Shown piece after piece: positions 12,810 to 27,800 of a stretch of DNA of 64,000 bases; position 1 is the stretch's first letter, and each line of letters starts with the position of its first letter. The stretch covers positions 123,985,593 through 124,049,592 of the forward strand of contig NC_090378.1 in NCBI RefSeq assembly GCF_036365525.1, written 5' to 3'. A model generated the notes under the pieces. That model worked only from the letters and a program-made list of their open reading frames with translations, ran no database searches and was not told the DNA's origin. This stretch comes from Heterodontus francisci. Taxonomy: Eukaryota. Both the position numbers and the translations under genes were made by a program.

Positions 12810-13525
12810 ATGCTTGTATCTGTTTCCACCACACTCTCAGACAGTGCATTTCAGATTCTAACCACTCGCTGTGTGAAAAGGTTTTCTTCATGTCTCCATT
12901 GCTTCTTTTGCCGATTATCTTAAATCTGTGCCCTCTGGTTCTCGATCCTTCCTTCAGTGGGAACAGTTTCTCTCTATCTGCTCTGTCCAGACCTCTCATG
13001 ATTTTGAATACCTCGATCAAATCCCCTCTCAGCCCCAGCTTCTCCAATCTATCTACATAACTGAAGTTCCTCGTTCCTGGAACTATTCTTGTGAACCTTT
13101 TCTGCACCCTCTCTAATGCCTTCACATCCTTCCTTTCGTGTGGTGCTCTGAACTGGATGCAATGCTCCAGTTGACGATGAACCGGTGTTTTATACATGTT
13201 TAACATAACTTCCTTGCTTTTGTACTCTGTGCCCTTACTGATAAAACTTAGGATGATGTATGCTTTATTAACCACCCTCACAACCTGTCCTGCCACTGCA
13301 CTGATTTACACACGTATACACCCAGGTCCCTCTGTTACTGCACCCACTTTAGAATCTTACCCTTTATTTTATATTGTTTCTCCACATTCTTTCTACCGAA
13401 ATAAATCACTTCACACATTTCTACATTAAATTTCATCTGCCACTTGTCTGCCCATTCCACCAACCTGTCTATGTGCTTTGGAAGTTCTACACTATCCTCC
13501 TCACAATTCACAATGCTTCCAATGT
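12810..13525 (-). mobile_element. CR1 LINE 3' fragment
   Basis: ORF translations KAYIILSFI..EYKSKEVML, LERVQKRFTR, RTRGHRFK. Confidence 0.88.
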
Positions 13526-14559
13526 GATCACAAATGACAGAATCTGCCCACACTGACAGTGAGTGAACTACACAGCACATTCAGACAGACCCGAACCACA
13601 TCCCTATCCTATTAAATGATGCACGAACTTTGTTTCTCAGTGAAATCAGTAATAATCAACATCACAGGAACCAGCTCGGAAATTATTTTCGAGAAACACA
13701 ATTTAACTTCAAGCACGAATGCCCAGCAAGCTGTACAAAGAATGTTACTGTTTATAAAGCAGCAAAGCAGTGAACTGCATTAGGCCCAGGATAGTTTAAC
13801 TACTTAGTAAAGGGTGCCCTCTATTGACTGTCATCACTGTCACATACACAGAATACACTGAACCATTAGTCATACTCAAGTATGGTCGACAGGAGTTTAT
13901 AATCCACCAGGGCCCTGAGCAGACATTTGCTTCCAGGTGTCTCTTGGTCTGTTGCTCTGGAATGTTGGATGTGGGAGATACACACAAGGATATAGGAAAG
14001 CATATAACAAGAAAAGGCCATTCTGCTCATCAAGCCTGCTCCTTTCACTAACAAGGTACAAATCTTCCCTGTTCTCGATTATATTCCCACTGAATCTCAG
14101 AAGAGAAGTTTCTGTGTAAATACACTTTGATTGCCAAACATAATCAAACAAAATTAGAGAATAGTAATTCATCTTCCCATTTTCACCCCTGGATTGCTCT
14201 CCTCGAGGGATCAATTTCCTCTTTGGAATATGTTAACAGACCTCATTATCTCAAACTGATATGGTTGTACAAAATGTACCATCCTGGATCAATGGTTTAA
14301 TTGAAATTAATTTTCACTCAGAGAATGTGTGTGTGTTCTGTGGAAATAATTCTTCACAAATCAAATTAACAATAGCATCAAATTAATCACCTCAATTGCT
14401 CCAAGGTTAAACAGGTTGACAGTGTTTGGCAACAGGCTATTCAATCATGGGGGCATCACAGGAAACCTGATTCTGTAATAATCTGACATCCCTACATACA
14501 GACTTTCTAGTGAGTAACATGTACAGTGATTGGAAACTGACACTTTAATTTAATTCAAG

Positions 14560-14906
14560 TTAGTTTAGAGTTACAGCACTGAAACAGGCCCTTCGGCCCA
14601 CCGAGTCTGTGCCGACCATCAAGCACCCATTTATACTAATCCTACACTAATTCCATATTCCTACCACATCCCCACCTGTCCCTATATTTCCCTACCACCT
14701 ACCTATACTAGGGGCAATTTATAATGGCCAATTAACCTATCAACCTGCAAGTCTTTGACATGTGGGAGGAAACCGGAGCACCCGGAGGAAACCCACGCAG
14801 ACACAGGGAGAACTTGCAAACTCCACACAGGCAGTGCCCAGAATTGAACCTGGGTCGCTGGAGCTGTGAGGCTGCGGTGCTAACCACTACGCCACTGTGC
14901 CGCCCC
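14560..14906 (-). mobile_element. HE1-like tRNA-derived V-SINE
   Basis: The revcomp starts GGGGCGGCACAGTGGCGTAGTGGTTAGCACCGCAGCCTCACAGCTCCAGCGACCCAGGTTCAATTC (A/B boxes), followed by a V-domain core and a CR1-type tail; near-identical copy at about 55995-56335. Confidence 0.88.
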
Positions 14907-14984
14907 AAGTTTTTATATAAAACTCACAAACTCCTGTTAAAATGCATTTGTGAAGTTACCAAATATTGTCTTGTATTCCTCTGA

Positions 14985-15360
14985 GTTTAGAAAGTTGAAC
15001 AGATGATTTAATTAAGGTGCTTAAAGTAATAAAAGGATTTGATAGGTTTGATAAGAGAAGTTATTTTATCAAGTTCGGGAATCCACAACAAGGTGACATA
15101 ATCCTAAAATTAGAAGATTCGAAATCAGGAAGTACTTCTTCACACAAAGGGTGGTGGAAATTGGAATTCTCTCCTCTAAAACATTGGAGATGTTGGTCAA
15201 TTGACATTTTAAAGGCAGAGATTGACTGATATTTATTAGATAAGAATAACAAGGAATATGGATCAAAGGCAGGTAACTGGAGTACAGATCAGACATGATT
15301 GAACTGAATGATGGAACAGTCTTGAAGGGGCTGAATGGCCTACCCCTGTTCCTATATTCT
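14985..15360 (+). mobile_element. Old CR1 3' fragment
   Basis: Degenerate ...KVIKGFDR... and the CR1 3' UTR motif GGGCTGAATGGCCTACCCCTGTTCCTAT. Confidence 0.75.
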
Positions 15361-16893
15361 ACATAGCAGAGTAACAGTTAAGTGCTCATTTGGAGGCTCA
15401 TATCTGGGGCTTTGTTCTTTGCTGGGTTTCTGCTTCTGTGTTTACTTCCCGAGATAATAAACACAAAACACAACTTCACAAATTGAGTCAGAAGCAGCAT
15501 CTTCAGCTACAGATGAAAGTTAATTTTCGCTGCCAGTTCAAAGTGCAGCACATTAGGGTCATTACAGCCGTAACCTTGGAGCGACTTCCAATTTCCACCA
15601 GCTGCTCCTGAGGAGTATCGATAAGAGGGAGACGGACAAGTCCCCACCCTCCCCCGCTCTCCTCCACATGTGGGGGGTGGGGAATAGGTGCTTAACCGTG
15701 GTTGCAGCAGGGGGGCTAAATTTTGCTCAGGGTGGGAATACGACATTATTCCCGACTGTCCGATTCTGCTCCCTTTCCCAGACCATGGTGCCATTGACAG
15801 GAAACACTGGGTCACTAAACACTGGGCGGACACATACAGCAATTTTACAGAATAAAAATTGGGTCACACTCACATTCACCTGTGTCTAAAGAATATTCTT
15901 GGTCTGATGTTGGATATTGAATCATCAGGTAACAGAAATAGGTCCTTGGTATTTATTCTGGAAAAAGTAAATCCCAACAATTACTTCCAATTAAATTATG
16001 ACAAGAGCGAGAGGCCACACATTCAAACTAGTGAAAGGCAGCTTCAGGACTAATATCAAGGAGTCTTTCTTCATATCAGAGTGACTAATCATGGAATGGA
16101 TTCCCAGATAAAGTAATGGAAATGAAAGTCATGGAAGAACCAGCTGGATGCTGCATTGGGGAGACTTTAGAGTCATCATCAATGGAGGAGTTAAGGTGGG
16201 CCGAATGGCCTTCCTCTTCCATTAATATCTTGTAATATATAGAGGAAAGGGGCAATGTCTGTCATCGTAAATGAAAGAACTGGATATTGAGGATTAGTGA
16301 CTTGTTGAAACTGAAGTGTTCACACTCTTTGTTTCAGAGACAGGATCAGTGACACCTACAATGAGATTTTTCTCAGCAATTTACCGAGACCTCAATATGC
16401 TGAGGAAATCTGTCCGAGTGTGGCACTGGGTACAGAAATTTAAAGTGAAATATAACCATTATTTCAGAACATCAGGAAATCCTTTTAAAAGTGATTCATT
16501 ATCTTCACAAAGACTGCTGTGATGAACCAGTTCTCTGAGGAAGATCTTAATGTGTGTGATGTTTCAAAACATTGGCTTCAAACAGAGACTAGAAACATGC
16601 TTTCCTGCCCTCTGTCAGAATAGCTACAGTGATAAACCTGGGCCTAGGAATTCAGGTGCACCTATTTTTGGGAATGTGAACAATGATCCCAGTACCTGAA
16701 TGGTGAAGTCCACGGCACCACCAACACTGGGTCACTGATCTCATTTCCATTGGGCTGGTGAGTTGTGGACAGCAACAGGTTTCTCTTTCTGAGGTCTGGT
16801 CTGCACTTTGGGCCACCAGACAATCCAGTAGAAATGAGGAACTCACCACAGGAGGAAAAGTGGAGGTGGAATGGCACTGTGATACTTTGAGGA

Positions 16894-17135
16894 ATGGCTG
16901 AACGTGTGAGAGAGCGTGCACCAAGCTTTTCTGATGATGTGTTACAGGTCTTGGTGGAAGAAGTGGAAAGAAGGAGAAACACCCAGTATCCACTGAGAGG
17001 CAGGAACTCCTCCAGATAGATGATCAAGAGACAGTGTGAAGAAGTAATAGCAGAGCTCAATGTCAGGAGTGTTGCTCCAAGAACAAGGATGCAGGAAGAA
17101 GTTTAATGATCTGACACGAGTTGTCAAGGTGACTG
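16894..17135 (+). mobile_element. PIF/Harbinger Myb/SANT-like ORF relic
   Basis: MAERVRERAPSFSDDVLQVLVEEVERRR...EEVIAELNVRSVAPRT..CRKKFNDLTRVVK with a stop and a frameshift. Confidence 0.75.
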
Positions 17136-17929
17136 AGTGCATCTTCAAATGGCAGATCCTACCAACTGCATCACTAACCTCATCCATTGCTCAATTCACC
17201 AAACCCACATCACCCAGCCACCAACAGTCTCTATAAATCAGTATTCAACCCTTCAATTCATAGGATTTACCTCACCCTCACACACTTAGCATTACTGCCA
17301 ACCTTGTACCAACAACTCACAGCTAGCACACAGCTATTCAACCATGACAGCCACATCAAACATATTACAGGACACTCACTCTCACACTTCTCTCTTTCTT
17401 ATAGGAGAAGGTGGTTCATAATAGAGGCAACAAGAAGGAACTGGAGGCGGACAAGCAGATCTGCAGATTTTAACCCTCACGGAGGAGACAGTGCTGGTCA
17501 ATATGGGAAGGGGCATCGCTGAGGCTATGGACACTGGTGGGGCTGGAGAGATCGATGATAAGGTTGTCTGTATACCTTATCCTCCTTCTCTCATCACACA
17601 ATCTCTTCAGACTCTCAAGCTGCAGACGGTGTAAACATGCACTTCTTACTTTCTCCTCTCCCCTCACCACAACCCAATCCTTGTCCATATTCATTTCAGG
17701 TACCCGAAAACTGGGAGCTTCCCAGTCAGGGAGGAAGAGGCAGAAAACAAGGAAGATAAAGAGACACCATCACTCAATCTTACACTTACAGCCACCAGTA
17801 TTTTAGAGGCTAAGATAGAGGAGGGATCCAGATAGACTGATTTATAGTGAGAGTTTCTGCCAGGTTAACAGTGTCTTAAAGGGACACGGTCTCTTTAATT
17901 ACTCTTACTATTAACCATTTCAGCACTGA

Positions 17930-20900
17930 AATGTTTCTGCCTCCACCACCCTTTCAGACAGTGAGTTCCAGACCCCCACCACCCTCTGGGTGAAAAAATT
18001 ACTCCTCAACTCACCTCTAATCCTTCCACCAATTACTTTAAGTCTATGCCTCCTGGTTATTGACCTCTCTGCTGAGGGAAATAGGTCCTTCCTATTCACT
18101 CTATCTTGGCCCCTCATAATTTTATACACCTCAATTAAACCTCCCCTCAGCCTCCTCTGTTTCAAAGATTATAACCCCAGCCAATCCAATCTTTCCTCAT
18201 AGCTGAAATTCTCCATTCCTGGTAACATCCTTGTAAATCTCCTCTGTACCCTCTCTTGTGTGATCACATTCTTCCTGTAATGTGGTGACCAGAACTGTAC
18301 ACAGTATTCTAGCTGTGGTCTAACGATCCACTGATTTAAGGTGATTGGTGGAAGGATTAGAGAGGACATGAGGAAACACATTTTCACCCAGAGGGTGGTG
18401 GGTATCTGGAATTCACTGCCTGGATCGGTGGTGAAGGCAGAAACCCTCAACTCATTGAAAAGGTACCTGGACCTGCACCTGAAGTGCTGTAACCTGCCAG
18501 GCTATGGACCAGGTGCCGGAAGGTGGGATTAGAATGGGCAGCTTGTTTGTTCAGCCAGCGCAGCCACGATGGGCTGAATGGCCTCTTTCTGTGCCGTAAC
18601 CTTTCTCTGGTTCTAACTAGTGTTTTATACAGTTCCAGAATAACCGCTTTGCTCTTATAGTCTAGGCTCAGCTAATAATGGAAAGTATTCCATATGCCTT
18701 TTTGACCACCTTTTCTACCTGTCCTGCTACTTTCAGGGAGCTGTGCAGATAAACTCCAAGTTCCCTCTATTCCTCTACACTTCTCAGAATCCTCCATTTA
18801 TTGTATATTCATTTACCTGGTTTGTCCTGCCCAAATTCATTCCCTCTCACTTCTCTGGATTAAGTTCCATTTGCCATTTTTCTGCTCACCTGACCAGTCC
18901 ATTGATATCTTCCTGCAGTCTACAGCTTTCTTCCTCACTATCCACCACACGGACAATCTTTGCATCATCTGCAATCTTTTTAATCATGCCCCTACATTGA
19001 AGTTTAAATCACTGATATATACACAAATAGTGAGGGACCCAGTACTGAGACCTGTGGAACCCACTGGAAAGAAACTTCCAGTCACTAAAACACCTGCCAA
19101 CCAGAATCCTTTGCTTCCTGTCACTGATCCAATTTCCCACTTTCCCTTGGATCCCATGGGCTTTTAATTTTCTGAACAGTCTGCCATGTGGAACCTTATC
19201 AAAAGCCTTGCTAAACTCCATGTAGACTGCATCAAACATGCTGCCCTCATTGACGCTCCTTGTAACCTCCTCAAAAAATTCAATCAACTTAATCAGACAT
19301 GACCTTCCCTTAACAAATCCAAGATCACTGTCCTGGATCAATCTGTGCCTCTCTAAATGATGATTTATATGGTCTATCAGAATGTTTCCAATAATCTTCC
19401 CACCACTGCAGTTAGGCAGACTGGCCTGTAATTGCTCGGGTTTTCCCTTCCTTGTGCTGTGCTAGATATTATTTGCTCTTTGACAGGATGTAGAATAGAT
19501 TGGTTAAAATGTTACCTTGATTTCACTAAGTAGTGAGAATCGATGCAAGGTTAAGGGGTATAAAAGTGCTACTCACTTTCGGTGAGGTGATGACAACACA
19601 TTAAGGTCACTAAAGACTGTTGTAATTCTGTGAAATTGTTGTAATTCTGTAATTCAGTTGAAATCCCCCACTATTACTGTTTAATTGTTTTTGCAGTTCT
19701 GAAATTTATCTACATATTTGCTCTTCTCTCCCCTTCTAACAGTTTCAGGGTCTATAGCACACTCCCAGTAGTGTGATTGCCCCTGTTTTGTTCTTCAGTT
19801 CAACCCATATGGCAACATTTGTTTATCCTTCTACCATATCTTCTCTCCTCACAGCTATAATTGTTTCTTTAATCAATATTGCAACTCACCCCCTCCTGAG
19901 ATATCCCCATCTCTGTCTCGTCTGAAAACCCTGTAACTAGGAATGTTGAGCTGCCATTCCTGCCCTTCTTTCAGCCATGTCTCAGTAATCGCTAAAATAT
20001 CATACTGCCATGTGTCAATCTGTGCTCTCAGCTCATCAGCCTTATTTCCTCAACTTGGATTATTTAGCTCTGTCAAACTCCCTTGTTTATTTTCTAACCT
20101 TCGTTTTCTCTGCCTTCCAAAGACGCTGACTAATTTACTGCCTTCCATTTCCAACTTTTCTTCTCTCTCTTCTGAATCTACTCTCAGGTTCCCATCCCTG
20201 TGCTCAGCTAGTTTAAACTCTCCCCAACAGCACGAGTAAAACTCACTGCGAGGATATTGGTCCCGGCCCTGTTGATTTGCAAACAGTCCGTCTTGTACAG
20301 GTCCCACCTCCTCCAGAAGCAGTCCCAAAGCCTCAGGAATCTAAAGCCCTCCCTCCTGCATAATCTCTCCAGCTCTATGTATTCATCAGCTCTATCTTCC
20401 TATTTCTGTACTCACTAACACGTGGCACTGGGAGTAATCTGGAGATTAATACTTTTGAGGTTCTGCTTTTCAATCTCCCTCCTAGCTGCCTAAATTCTGC
20501 CTCAGGACCTCATCCCTCCTTCTGCCTCTGTCATTGGTGCCAATATGGACCACGACCTCTGGCTGTTCACTCTCCCCTGTCAGAATGTCCTGCTGACGCT
20601 CAGTGATATCCTTGTCCCTGGCACCAGGGAGGCAACATACCATCATGGTAACACCTCTGCAGTCACAGAAGCACCTGTCTATTCTCCTCACTATCGAAGT
20701 CCCTCCCACTATTGCTCTTCAACTCTTCTTCCTCCCTCCCTGTACAGCTGAGACACCCATGGTGCTGTGGACTTGGCTCTGCCTGCACTCCCCAGTGGAA
20801 CCATCACTCTGACCAGTATTCAGAACTGAATACCAGTTAGAGATTGAGACGCACTCATGGGATCACTGTCCTGCATGCCTGGTCCTCCTTGTTCTTCTGG

Positions 20901-21145
20901 CCCTCACCCATTCCCCCTCTGCCAGCACATTTTTAAACTGCAGGGTGACCACCTCCAGAAAGCTCTCAGCCTCGTGGATGCTGCATAGTGACTCCAGTCA
21001 GTGCTCAAACTCCGAAACCCAGAGCTCGAGCTGCTGTAACCGGTGACACTTCCTGTACATGTGGTCATCCAGTTCATGTGAAGTGTCCAGGATTTCCCAC
21101 ATGACACAGGATGTGTATTCCACGGGGCTGAGGTTCCCTGCCATG
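17930..21145 (-). mobile_element. Cluster of fragmented CR1 copies, mainly minus strand (one + strand piece at about 18325-18610), including ORF1 esterase remnants
   Basis: RT motifs (GFVKGRSCL, FSKAFDKVPH, RPQLEYCVQFWSP) and SGNH-esterase-like ORF1 motifs (SIVRRIDR..VCCLPGA..VVVHIGTND) at 20482-20709. Confidence 0.85.
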
Positions 21146-21824
21146 TTTTACTTTCTAGACTATTATCTAGAAACACTTAGAGCTGATCACCAGGTCTCGC
21201 TGTTTCCCGCTTCATCACTCAGACTGCTCCGTGTTTTGCAAAAGATCAGAACAGAACCTCTTCAGTCATTGCACTGAATTCTCTCAATCCCCAATTCTCC
21301 GAGTTAGGTATCTATCAAAGCAGTCCTCCATCAAGCTGGACTTGGTGCTGGGCTGCTGAGTGAGCCTGCAAGCCCCTTTGAGCACTGGCATCCACAGCCA
21401 TGATGGCAGCAGTCTGAGCCTGTGTGGCAGCAAGCTCAGATTACAATACCACAGTCTGAGCTTCCACTGCAGCACTCAGACATTGGGGTGGCCTCTACTT
21501 GTACTGCAATTCACTCATCCATGTCTCTGATAGTCTGGAAATGTTAATCTGCTCACTTGTGTTTATATTAATCAAATCATCAGAGGAATTTGTAACAGCA
21601 ATATAATCATGGAGCTTCAGAGGGCAATATAACCATTGAAACAGGATGATTTGAAGGGATAGAGAGGAATAAAGAGCCTTTGCTGGCTCCATGTGGTTAT
21701 TCTGATATCACTTTTATGTATCTTTGATGTCCTCTGATTCAGTGGCAGTATGAATGGAATGTAGATGTAGATAAAGTAGAATTAGGATATGACTTGTGAG
21801 TGAAACACTGCATGTTGTATTCAT

Positions 21825-24800
21825 ACTGGATTGTGAAGTGTGATGTTCCTGAGTACACCGACTGGATTGAGAAGTGTGATATACCTGAGGACACAGACTG
21901 GATTGAGAAGTGTGATGTACCTGAGTACACAGACTGGATTTTGAAGTGTGATGTTCCTGAGCACACAGACTGGATTGTGAAGTGAGATGTACCTGAGTAC
22001 ACAGACTGGATTGAGAAGTGTGATGTTCCTGAGTACACCGACTGGATTGAGAAGTGTGATATACCTGATTACACAGACTGGATTGTGAAGTGTGATGCAC
22101 CTGAGTACACAGACTGGATTGTGAAGTGTGATGTACCTGAGTACACAGACCGGATTGAGAAGTGTGATGTTCCTGAGTACACCGACTGGATTGAGAAGTG
22201 TGATGTTCCTGAGTACACAGACTGGATTGAGAAGTGTGATGTTCCTGAGTACACAGACTGGATTGTGAAGTGTGATGTACCTGCGGACACAGACTGGATT
22301 GTGAAGTGTGATGTTCCTGAGTACACAGACTGGATTGTGAAGTGTGATGTACCTGAGTACACAGACCGGATTGTGAAGTGTGATGTTACTGAGTACACAG
22401 ACTGGATTGTGAAATGTGATGTACCTGAGTACACAGACTGGATTGTGAAGTGTGATGTACCTGAGTACACAGACTGGATTGTGAAGTGTGATGCACCTGA
22501 GTACACAGACTGGATTGTGAAGTGTGATGTTCCTGAGTACACAGACTGGATTGTGAAGTGTGATGTACCTGAGTACACAGACTGGATTGTGAAGTGTGAT
22601 GTACCTGAGGACACAGACCGGATTGTGAAGTGTGATGTATCTGAGTACACAGACTGGATTGTGAAGTGTGATGTACCTGAGTACACAGACTGGATTGTGA
22701 AGTGTGATGTACCTGAGGACACAGACCGGATTGTGAAGTGTGATGTATCTGAGTACACAGATTGGATTGTGAAGTGTGATGTATCTGAGCACACAGAATG
22801 GATTGTGAAGTGTGATGTACCTGAGTAAGGAGTCTGGTTTGCGAAGTGTGATGTACCTGTGTACACAGACTGGATTGTGAAGTGTGATGTATCTGAGTAC
22901 ACAGACTGGACTGTGAAGTGTGATGCTCCTGAGTACACAGACTGGATTGTGAAGTGTGATGTACGTGAGTACACAGACTGGATTGTGAAGTGTGATGTAC
23001 CTGAGTACTCAGACAGATTTGTGAAGTGTGATGTACCTGAGTACACAGACTGGATTGTGAAGTGTGATGTACCCGAGTATACAGACTGGATTGTGAAGGG
23101 TAATGTACCTGAGCACACAGACTGGATTGTGAAGTGTGATGTACCTGAGTGCACAGCCCGGATTGTGAAGTGTGATGTACCTGAGTACACAGACTGGATT
23201 GTGAAGTGTGATGTACCTGAGTACACAGACTGGATTGTGAAGTGTGATGTACCTGAGTACACAGACTGGATTGTGAAGTGTGATGTACCGGAGTACACAG
23301 ACTGGATTGTGAAGTGTGATGTTCCTGAGTACACAGACTAGATTGAGAAGTGTGATATACCTGAGTACATAGACTGGATTGTGAAGTGTGATGTACCTGA
23401 GTACACGGACTGGGTTGTGAAGTGTGATGTACCTGAGTACACAGACTGGATTGTGAAGTGTGATGTACCTGAGTACACAGACTGGATTGAGAAGTGTGAT
23501 GTACCTGAGTACACAGACTGGATTTTGAAGTGTGATGTTCCTGAGCACACAGACTGGATTGTGAAGTGTGATGTACCTGAGTACACAGACTGGATTGTGA
23601 AGTGTGATGTACCTGAGTACACAGACTGGATTGTGAAGTGTGATGTTCCTGAGTACACCGACTGGATTGAGAAGTGTAATATACCTGATTACACAGACTG
23701 GATTGTGAAGTGTGATGTATCTGAGTACACAGACTGGATTGTGAAGTGTGATGTACCTGTGTACACAGACTGGATTGTGAAGTGTGATGTATCTGAGTAC
23801 ACAGACTGGACTGTGAAGTGTGATGCACCTGAGTACACAGACTGGATTGTGAAGTGTGATGTACCTGAGTATACAGACTGGATTGTGAAGTGTGATGTCC
23901 CTGAGTACACAGACTGGATTGTGAAGTGTAATGTACCTGAGTACACAGACTGGATTGTGAAGTGTAATGTACCTGAGTACACAGACTGGATTGTGAAGTG
24001 TGATGTACCCGAGTACACAGACTGGATTGTGAAGTGTAATGTACCTGAGTACACAGACTGGATTGTGAAGTGTGATGTACCTGAGTACACAGACCGGATT
24101 GTGAAGTGTGATGTACCTGAGTACACAGAACGGATTGTGAAGTGTGATGTACCTGAGAACACGGACTGGATTGTGAAGTGTGATGTACCTGAGTACACGT
24201 ACTGGATGGCGAAGTGTGATGTACCTGAGTACAGAGACTGGATTGTGAAGTGTGATGTACCTGAGAACACGGACTGGATTGTGAAGTGTGATGTACCTGA
24301 GTGCACTGACTGGACTGTGAAGTGTGATGTACCTGAGTACACAGACTGGATTGTGAAGTGTGATGTACCTGAGTACACGGACTGGATTGTGAAGTGTGAT
24401 GTACCTGAGTACACAGAGTGGATTGTGAAGTGTGATGTACCTGAGAACACGGACTGGGTTGTGAAGTGTGATGTACCTGAGTACACAGACTGGATTGTGA
24501 AGTGTGATGTACCTGAGTACACAGACCGGATTGTGAAGTGTGATGTACCTGAGTACACAGAACGGATTGTGAAGTGTGATGTACCTGAGAACACGGACTG
24601 GATTGTGAAGTGTGATGTACCTGAGTACACGTACTGGATGGCGAAGTGTGATGTACCTGAGTACAGAGACTGGATTGTGAAGTGTGATGTACCTGAGTAC
24701 ACAGAATGGATTGTGAAGTGTGATGTATCTGATTGCACAGACTGGATTGTGAAGTGTGATATACCTGAGTACATAGACTGGATTGTGAAGTGTGATGTAC

Positions 24801-27800
24801 CTGAGTACACGGACTGGATTGTGAAGTGTGATGTACCTGAGTACACAGAGTGGATTGTGAAGTGTGATGTACCTGAGAACACGGACTGGGTTGTGAAGTG
24901 TGATGTACCTGAGTACACAGACTGGATTGTGAAGTGTGATGTACCTGAGTACACAGACTGGATTGAGAAGTGTGATGTACCTGAGTACACAGACTGGATT
25001 TTGAAGTGTGATGTTCCTGAGCACACAGACTGGATTGTGAAGTGTGATGTACCTGAGTACACAGACTGGATTGTGAAGTGTGATGTACCTGAGTACACAG
25101 ACTGGATTGTGAAGTGTGATGTTCCTGAGTACACCGACTGGATTGAGAAGTGTAATATACCTGATTACACAGACTGGATTGTGAAGTGTGATGTATCTGA
25201 GTACACAGACTGGATTGTGTAGTGTGATGTACCTGTGTACACAGACTGGATTGTGAAGTGTGATGTATCTGAGTACACAGACTGGACTGTGAAGTGTGAT
25301 GCACCTGAGTACACAGACTGGATTGTGAAGTGTGATGTACCTGAGTATACAGACTGGATTGTGAAGTGTGATGTCCCTGAGTACACAGACTGGATTGTGA
25401 AGTGTAATGTACCTGAGTACACAGACTGGATTGTGAAGTGTAATGTACCTGAGTACACAGACTGGATTGTGAAGTGTGATGTACCCGAGTACACAGACTG
25501 GATTGTGAAGTGTAATGTACCTGAGTACACAGACTGGATTGTGAAGTGTGATGTACCTGAGTGCACAGCCCGGATTGTGAAGAGTGATGTACCTGAGTAC
25601 ACAGACTGGATTGTGAAGTGTGATGTACCTGAGTACACAGACCGGATTGTGAAGTGTGATGTACCTGAGTACACAGAACGGATTGTGAAGTGTGATGTAC
25701 CTGAGAACACGGACTGGATTGTGAAGTGTGATGTACCTGAGCACACAGAATGGATTGTGAAGTGTGATGTACCTGAGTACACGTACTGGATGGCGAAGTG
25801 TGATGTACCTGAGTACAGAGACTGGATTGTGAAGTGTGATGTACCTGAGAACACGGACTGGATTGTGAAGTGTGATGTACCTGAGTGCACTGACTGGACT
25901 GTGAAGTGTGATGTACCTGAGTACACAGACCGGATTGTGAAGTGTGATGTACCTGAGTACACAGAATGGATTGTGAAGTGTGATGTACCTGAGTACACAG
26001 TCTGGATTGTGAAGTGTGATGTACCTGAGTACACAGACCGGATTGTGAAGTGTGATGTACATGAGTACACAGATTGGATTGTGAAGGGTGATGTATCTGA
26101 GTACACAGACTGTATTGTGAAGTGTGATGTTCCTGATTACACAGACTGGATTGTGAAGTGTGATGTACCTGTGTACACAGACTGGATTGTGAAGTGTGAT
26201 GTACCTGAGTACACAGACCGGATTGTGAAGTGTGATGTACCTGTGTACACAGACTGGATTGTGAAGTGTGATGTTCCTGAGTACACAGACTGGATTGTGA
26301 AGTGTGATGTACCAGAGTACACAGACTGGATTGTGAAGTGTGATGTTCCTGAGTACACAGACTGGATTGTGAAGTGTGATGTACCTGAGTGCACTGACTG
26401 GACTGTGAAGTGTGATGTACCTGAGTACACAGACCGGATTGTGAAGTGTGATGTACCTGAGTACACAGAATGGATTGTGAAGTGTGATGTACCTGAGTAC
26501 ACAGACTGGATTGTGAAGTGTGATGTACCTGAGTACACAGACCGGATTGTGAAGTGTGATGTACATGAGTACACAGATTGGATTGTGAAGGGTGATGTAT
26601 CTGAGTACACAGACTGTATTGTGAAGTGTGATGTTCCTGATTACACAGACTGGATTGTGAAGTGTGATGTACCTGTGTACACAGACTGGATTGTGAAGTG
26701 TGATGTACCTGAGTACACAGACCGGATTGTGAAGTGTGATGTACCTGTGTACACAGACTGGATTGTGAAGTGTGATGTTCCTGAGTACACAGACTGGATT
26801 GTGAAGTGTGATGTACCAGAGTACACAGACTGGATTGTGAAGTGTGATGTTCCTGAGTACACAGACTGGATTGTGAAGTGTGATGTTCCTGAGTACACAG
26901 ACTGGATTGTGAAGTGTGATGTACCTGAGTACACAGATTGGATTGTGAAGTGTGATGTACCTGAGTACACAGATTGGATTGTGAAGGGTGATGTATCTTA
27001 GTACACAGACTGGATTGTAAAGTGTGATGTACCTGAATACACAGACTGGATTGTGAAGTGTGATGTTCAGAGTACACAGAATGGATTGTGAAGTGTGATG
27101 TACCTGAGTACACAGACTGGATTGTGAAGTGTGATGTACCTGAGTACACAGACTGGATTGTGAGGTGTGATGTACCTGAGTACACAGACCGGATTGTGAA
27201 GTGTGATGTACCTGAGTACACAGAACGGATTGTGAAGTGTGATGTACCTGAGAACACGGACTGGATTGTGAAGTGTGATGTACCTGAGCACACAGAATGG
27301 ATTGTGAAGTGTGATGTACCTGAGTACACGTACTGGATGGCGAAGTGTGATGTACCTGAGTACAGAGACTGGATTGTGAAGTGTGATGTACCTGAGAACA
27401 CGGACTGGATTGTGAAGTGTGATGTACCTGAGTGCACTGACTGGACTGTGAAGTGTGATGTACCTGAGTACACAGACCGGATTGTGAAGAGTGATGTACC
27501 TGAGTACACAGAATGGATTGTGAAGTGTGATGTACCTGAGTACACAGTCTGGATTGTGAAGTGTGATGTACCTGAGTACACAGACCGGATTGTGAAGTGT
27601 GATGTACATGAGTACACAGATTGGATTGTGAAGGGTGATGTATCTGAGTACACAGACTGTATTGTGAAGTGTGATGTTCCTGATTACACAGACTGGATTG
27701 TGAAGTGTGATGTACCTGTGTACACAGACTGGATTGTGAAGTGTGATGTACCTGAGTACACAGACCGGATTGTGAAGTGTGATGTACCTGTGTACACAAA

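Noticed and set aside
14835-14906. tRNA gene (also about 56265-56335, 55930 and 58895)
   Set aside because: tRNA-derived SINE heads that continue into SINE core and tail sequence.
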